Shown: one piece after another, positions 61,058 to 64,000 of the stretch
How the letters are laid out: each line of letters begins with the position of its first letter
Position numbering within the stretch: position 1 is the first letter of the stretch
Source of the DNA: an uncultured Spirochaetaceae bacterium
Lineage (GTDB): Bacteria; Myxococcota_A; UBA9160; UBA4427
DNA: 64,000 bases
Assembly: GCA_964515335.1 (NCBI GenBank)
Contig: CAZETS010000002.1
Coordinates: 42,285-106,284 of the forward strand
Direction: 5' to 3'
Notes under the pieces: generated by a model
Seen by the model: the letters and a program-made list of their open reading frames with translations, nothing else
Database searches by the model: none
Told to the model about the DNA's origin: nothing
Made by a program: the position numbers and the translations under genes

Positions 61058-62862
61058 TCGTCCCCGAGCTTCAGGGCTGCCAGGAAGGCCTCCTGCGGGA
61101 TCTCCACGGAACCGACCATCTTCATGCGCTTCTTTCCCGCCTTCTGCTTCTCGAGGAGCTTGCGCTTGCGCGTGATGTCTCCACCGTAGCACTTGGCCAG
61201 CACGTTCTTGCGCAACGCCCTCACGGTGGTGCGCGCGATGATGCGGCTGCCGACTGCCGCCTGGATGGCCACCGGGAACTGCTGGCGTGGAATGAACTCC
61301 TTGAGCTTCCTCGCGAGCTCGGCGCCGCGGGACTGGGCGCGATCGCGGTGCACGATCAAGGAGAGGGCGTCGACCGGATCGCCGTTGACGAGCACGTCGA
61401 GCTTGACGAGCTGCGCGGGCGAGAACCCCGTCAGCTCGTAGTCGAACGAGCCGTAGCCGCGCGTCGCACTCTTGAGCCTGTCGTGGAAGTCGGTCACCAC
61501 CTCGCCGAGCGGCAGCTCGTAGCGCACCTGAACGCGATCGCCGTGCACCTGCATGTCGCGCTGTACGCCGCGGCGTTCCTGGCAGAGCTTCATCACGGCG
61601 CCGAGGTGGTCGGAAGGCACATGGATGGTCGCCAGGATCACCGGCTCTTCGATGGCCTCGAGGTCGCTCTGCTCGGGAAGCGCCGCCGGACTCTCGATCT
61701 CGAAGGGGTCGCCCTCCTTGGGCACGACGCGGTAGCGCACCGTCGGCGCGGTGGTGATGAGGTCGAGCCCGTACTCGCGCTCGAGGCGCTCCTGGATGAT
61801 CTCGGCGTGCAGGAAGCCGAGGAAGCCGCACCGGAACCCGAACCCCAGGGCGGCGCTCGTCTCGGGCTCGTACTCGAAAGAGGCGTCGTTGAGCCTCAAC
61901 TTCTCGAGGGCGGTCTTGAGGTCCTCGTAGTCCTCGGCGTCGACGGGATAGAGCCCGGCGAAGACCATCGGCTTGACGTCCTGGAAGCCCGGCAGGGGCT
62001 CCTCGGCGGGCTCGCGGACCCGGGTGATGGTGTCGCCGATCCGTACGTTGGACAGCGTCTTGATGCCCGCGACGACCAGCCCGACCTCGCCCACGTCGAG
62101 CGTCGTCACCTTGCGCGGCAGCGGCTCGATGACCGAGAGCTGGGTGACCTCGTGCTCACCGCCCGACATCATCAGCCGGATGCGGTCGCGGTCACGCAGC
62201 TGGCCATCCATCACGCGCACCAGCATGACGACGCCCACGTAGGGGTCGAACCAGGAGTCGAAGACCAGCGCCCGGGTGTGCGCCGCGGGATCGCCCTCGG
62301 GCGGCGGGATGCAGTCGACGACCGCCTGCAGGAGCGCGTCTACGCCCTGCCCCGTCTTGGCGGAGACCGGCAGCACGTCGGCCGCGTCGAGCCCGACCAC
62401 GTCCTCGATCTCCTGTGCGACGCGGTCGGGATCGGCCGAGGGCAGGTCGATCTTGTTCACCACCGGCACGATCTCGAGGTTCGCGTCGATTGCCAGATAG
62501 GCGTTCGCGAGGGTCTGCGCCTCGATGCCCTGGGCGGCGTCGACCACGAGCAGCGCCCCCTCGCAGGCCGCCAATGCTCGCGAGACCTCGTACGAGAAGT
62601 CGACGTGGCCCGGCGTGTCGATCAGATTGAGCACGTACTCCTCGCCGTCGGCGGCGCGGAAGCACAGGCGTGCCGTCTGCGCCTTGATGGTGATGCCGCG
62701 CTCGCGCTCGAGATCCATGTTGTCGAGGAACTGGTCCTGGCGATCGCGCTCGGACAGCGCGCCCGTGGACTCGAGGAGCCGGTCGGCGATGGTGCTCTTG
62801 CCGTGGTCGATGTGCGCCACGATGCAGAAGTTGCGCAGGCGCTCGCGGGCGATCTCGGTCAC
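61054..62862 (-). CDS. lepA: Translation elongation factor 4 (LepA)
   Basis: [14 protein letters not shown] and DTPGHVDF. 602 aa, with a conserved LepA C-terminal region. Confidence 0.95.
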   Translation of the reverse strand: MTEIARERLRNFCIVAHIDHGKSTIADRLLESTGALSERDRQDQFLDNMDLERERGITIKAQTARLCFRAADGEEYVLNLIDTPGHVDFSYEVSRALAACEGALLVVDAAQGIEAQTLANAYLAIDANLEIVPVVNKIDLPSADPDRVAQEIEDVVGLDAADVLPVSAKTGQGVDALLQAVVDCIPPPEGDPAAHTRALVFDSWFDPYVGVVMLVRVMDGQLRDRDRIRLMMSGGEHEVTQLSVIEPLPRKVTTLDVGEVGLVVAGIKTLSNVRIGDTITRVREPAEEPLPGFQDVKPMVFAGLYPVDAEDYEDLKTALEKLRLNDASFEYEPETSAALGFGFRCGFLGFLHAEIIQERLEREYGLDLITTAPTVRYRVVPKEGDPFEIESPAALPEQSDLEAIEEPVILATIHVPSDHLGAVMKLCQERRGVQRDMQVHGDRVQVRYELPLGEVVTDFHDRLKSATRGYGSFDYELTGFSPAQLVKLDVLVNGDPVDALSLIVHRDRAQSRGAELARKLKEFIPRQQFPVAIQAAVGSRIIARTTVRALRKNVLAKCYGGDITRKRKLLEKQKAGKKRMKMVGSVEIPQEAFLAALKLGDE

Positions 62863-63800
62863 GACGCGACTCCCGCGAGCGACCGGGGCGAGAGCGTCGT
62901 CAGGTAGGCGCCGAGGGCCTCGCGCCAGGAGCGCAGCGTGACGCCGAGGCGCGCGGCGCGCGAGCAGTCCAGCACCGAGTAGGCGGGCCGCGGCGCCGGC
63001 AGGCCGAGCTCGGCCGTCGAGATCGGTTCGACGGCAAGCTCGCCGTGCCCGGCGTCGTCGAGGATCGCCCGGGCGAACTCGAACCAGGTGGTCTCGCCCG
63101 CGTTCGCGAGGTGGACGACGCCCCGGGCGGCTTGGCCCTCCCCGGCCTGCGCGCCCGCCTCGGACCCGAGCCGCATCCTGCGCCCGAGGGCCAGCAATCC
63201 CTCGGCGAGATCCGCCGCGTAGGTGGGCGTGCCGCGCTGATCGTCCACCACCCGCAGCGGCCCGGCCGTCTCGCCGCTGTGCCGCTTCGCGGCCTGCTCG
63301 AGGATCGCCACGACGAAGTTCCGCCCCGGCCCGAACAACCAGCCGGTCCGCACGACCAGCGCCTCGGGCAACGCGGACAGCACGCGCCGCTCGCCCTCGG
63401 CCTTGCCGCGGCCGTACTCACTCTGCGGCGCGATGCCGTCCTCCTCGCCGTAGGGCGAGCTGCCGAGGCCGTCGAACACGTAGTCGGTCGAGACGTGGAC
63501 GAGCCCCGCCCCGGCCGCGCGACACGCCTCGGCGAGCCGGCCCGGGGCGAGCGCGTTCACCGCGAAGGCGCGCCCGGCGTCGGTCTCGCAGCGATCCACC
63601 GCCGTGAAGCCCGCCGCGTTCACGAGCACGTCCGCCCCTCCCGGCACGCGCTCGAAGAGCGAATCAACGGCCGCAGGATCGGACACGTCGAGCGCTTCGT
63701 GCGGGAACGCCGCCACGAGGTCCTCGCCAGGCGCCGCCTCGACGGCCGCCACCAGGCACTGCCCGAGCTGACCGCCGCTGCCGGTCACGACCCAGCGCAT
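62859..63800 (-). CDS. rfbD: dTDP-4-dehydrorhamnose reductase
   Basis: VTGSGGQLG Rossmann motif and STDYVFDG. The start is set at the ATG at 63800. The stop overlaps the lepA start by 4 nt. Confidence 0.85.
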   Translation of the reverse strand: MRWVVTGSGGQLGQCLVAAVEAAPGEDLVAAFPHEALDVSDPAAVDSLFERVPGGADVLVNAAGFTAVDRCETDAGRAFAVNALAPGRLAEACRAAGAGLVHVSTDYVFDGLGSSPYGEEDGIAPQSEYGRGKAEGERRVLSALPEALVVRTGWLFGPGRNFVVAILEQAAKRHSGETAGPLRVVDDQRGTPTYAADLAEGLLALGRRMRLGSEAGAQAGEGQAARGVVHLANAGETTWFEFARAILDDAGHGELAVEPISTAELGLPAPRPAYSVLDCSRAARLGVTLRSWREALGAYLTTLSPRSLAGVAS

Positions 63801-63858
63801 GCCGGCCCTCCGCCCCGCCCCGGCCGGGACGCAACGACCGCTCGACGGCAGCTCGCGC

Positions 63859-64000
63859 TCACGACCCGGACTCGCGGAGCACCCAGGTCGGGAGGTCCTG
63901 CTCGACCTTGAGGCGGCGCGCCGTCTGCTCGGCCTCGGCCTTGCCGCCGATCGGCCCCACCCGCACCCTCCAGCGGTCGTCACTCGAGGGAGCGAGCACG
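63859..64000 (-). CDS. SPOR-domain protein, C-terminal fragment (gene continues beyond the window)
   Basis: Hand translation of the last 47 codons gives ...DDRWRVRVGPIGGKAEAEQTARRLKVEQDLPTWVLRESGS*. This matches the SPOR pattern (y.VqvGaf....A......L). Confidence 0.55.
   Translation of the reverse strand, partial: VLAPSSDDRWRVRVGPIGGKAEAEQTARRLKVEQDLPTWVLRESGS

Overview
High-GC (by eye about 70 %) bacterial chromosomal segment. It is gene-dense, with about 53 protein-coding genes, roughly 85 % on the minus strand. All identifications come from motifs I recognise in the supplied translations and from hand translation; no search or HMM was run.

Content is mostly core.
- Acyl-CoA block (ThDP enzyme plus two CoA-transferases).
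- c-di-GMP signalling cluster (HDOD, PAS-GGDEF-EAL, CheX-like, PilZ) next to an ECF sigma/NrsF pair.
- rdgB-rph-amidase.
- BMP-type ABC importer.
- pilT plus a histidine-kinase-like gene.
- Run of small nucleic-acid-binding genes: rpoZ, lysine-rich histone-H1-like protein, a 28-codon bS22-like mini-gene absent from the ORF track, and a KH protein.
- mgtE, and a duplicated HtrA/Nma111-like protease.
- Aminotransferase-hom-thrC.
- hppA.
- leuA.
- recG.
- Complete pyrR-pyrB-pyrC-carA-carB operon.
- rfbD-lepA-lepB.

I found no rRNA, tRNA, CRISPR array, transposase, integrase, prophage or recognisable defence genes, and no compositionally foreign island. I therefore cannot point to a clear novel multi-gene system. 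The observations most worth follow-up are:
1. A ~990-aa secreted pentapeptide-repeat protein with nine paired cysteines and a PEP-CTERM sorting tail.
2. A candidate Leu-rich leader peptide with rare CTA/CTT codons, followed by stacked GC hairpins, upstream of leuA.
3. A histidine-kinase-like protein whose H-box His is Arg, sitting 3 nt after pilT.
4. A translationally coupled CheX-like/PilZ pair inside the c-di-GMP cluster.
5. An OXC/HACL-like ThDP enzyme with two CoA-transferases and a PhyH dioxygenase nearby.
6. A well-preserved PyrR-binding hairpin abutting the pyrR ribosome-binding site.

Many very long Arg/Ala/Gly/Pro-rich ORFs in the track are antisense shadows typical of high-GC DNA and were rejected.
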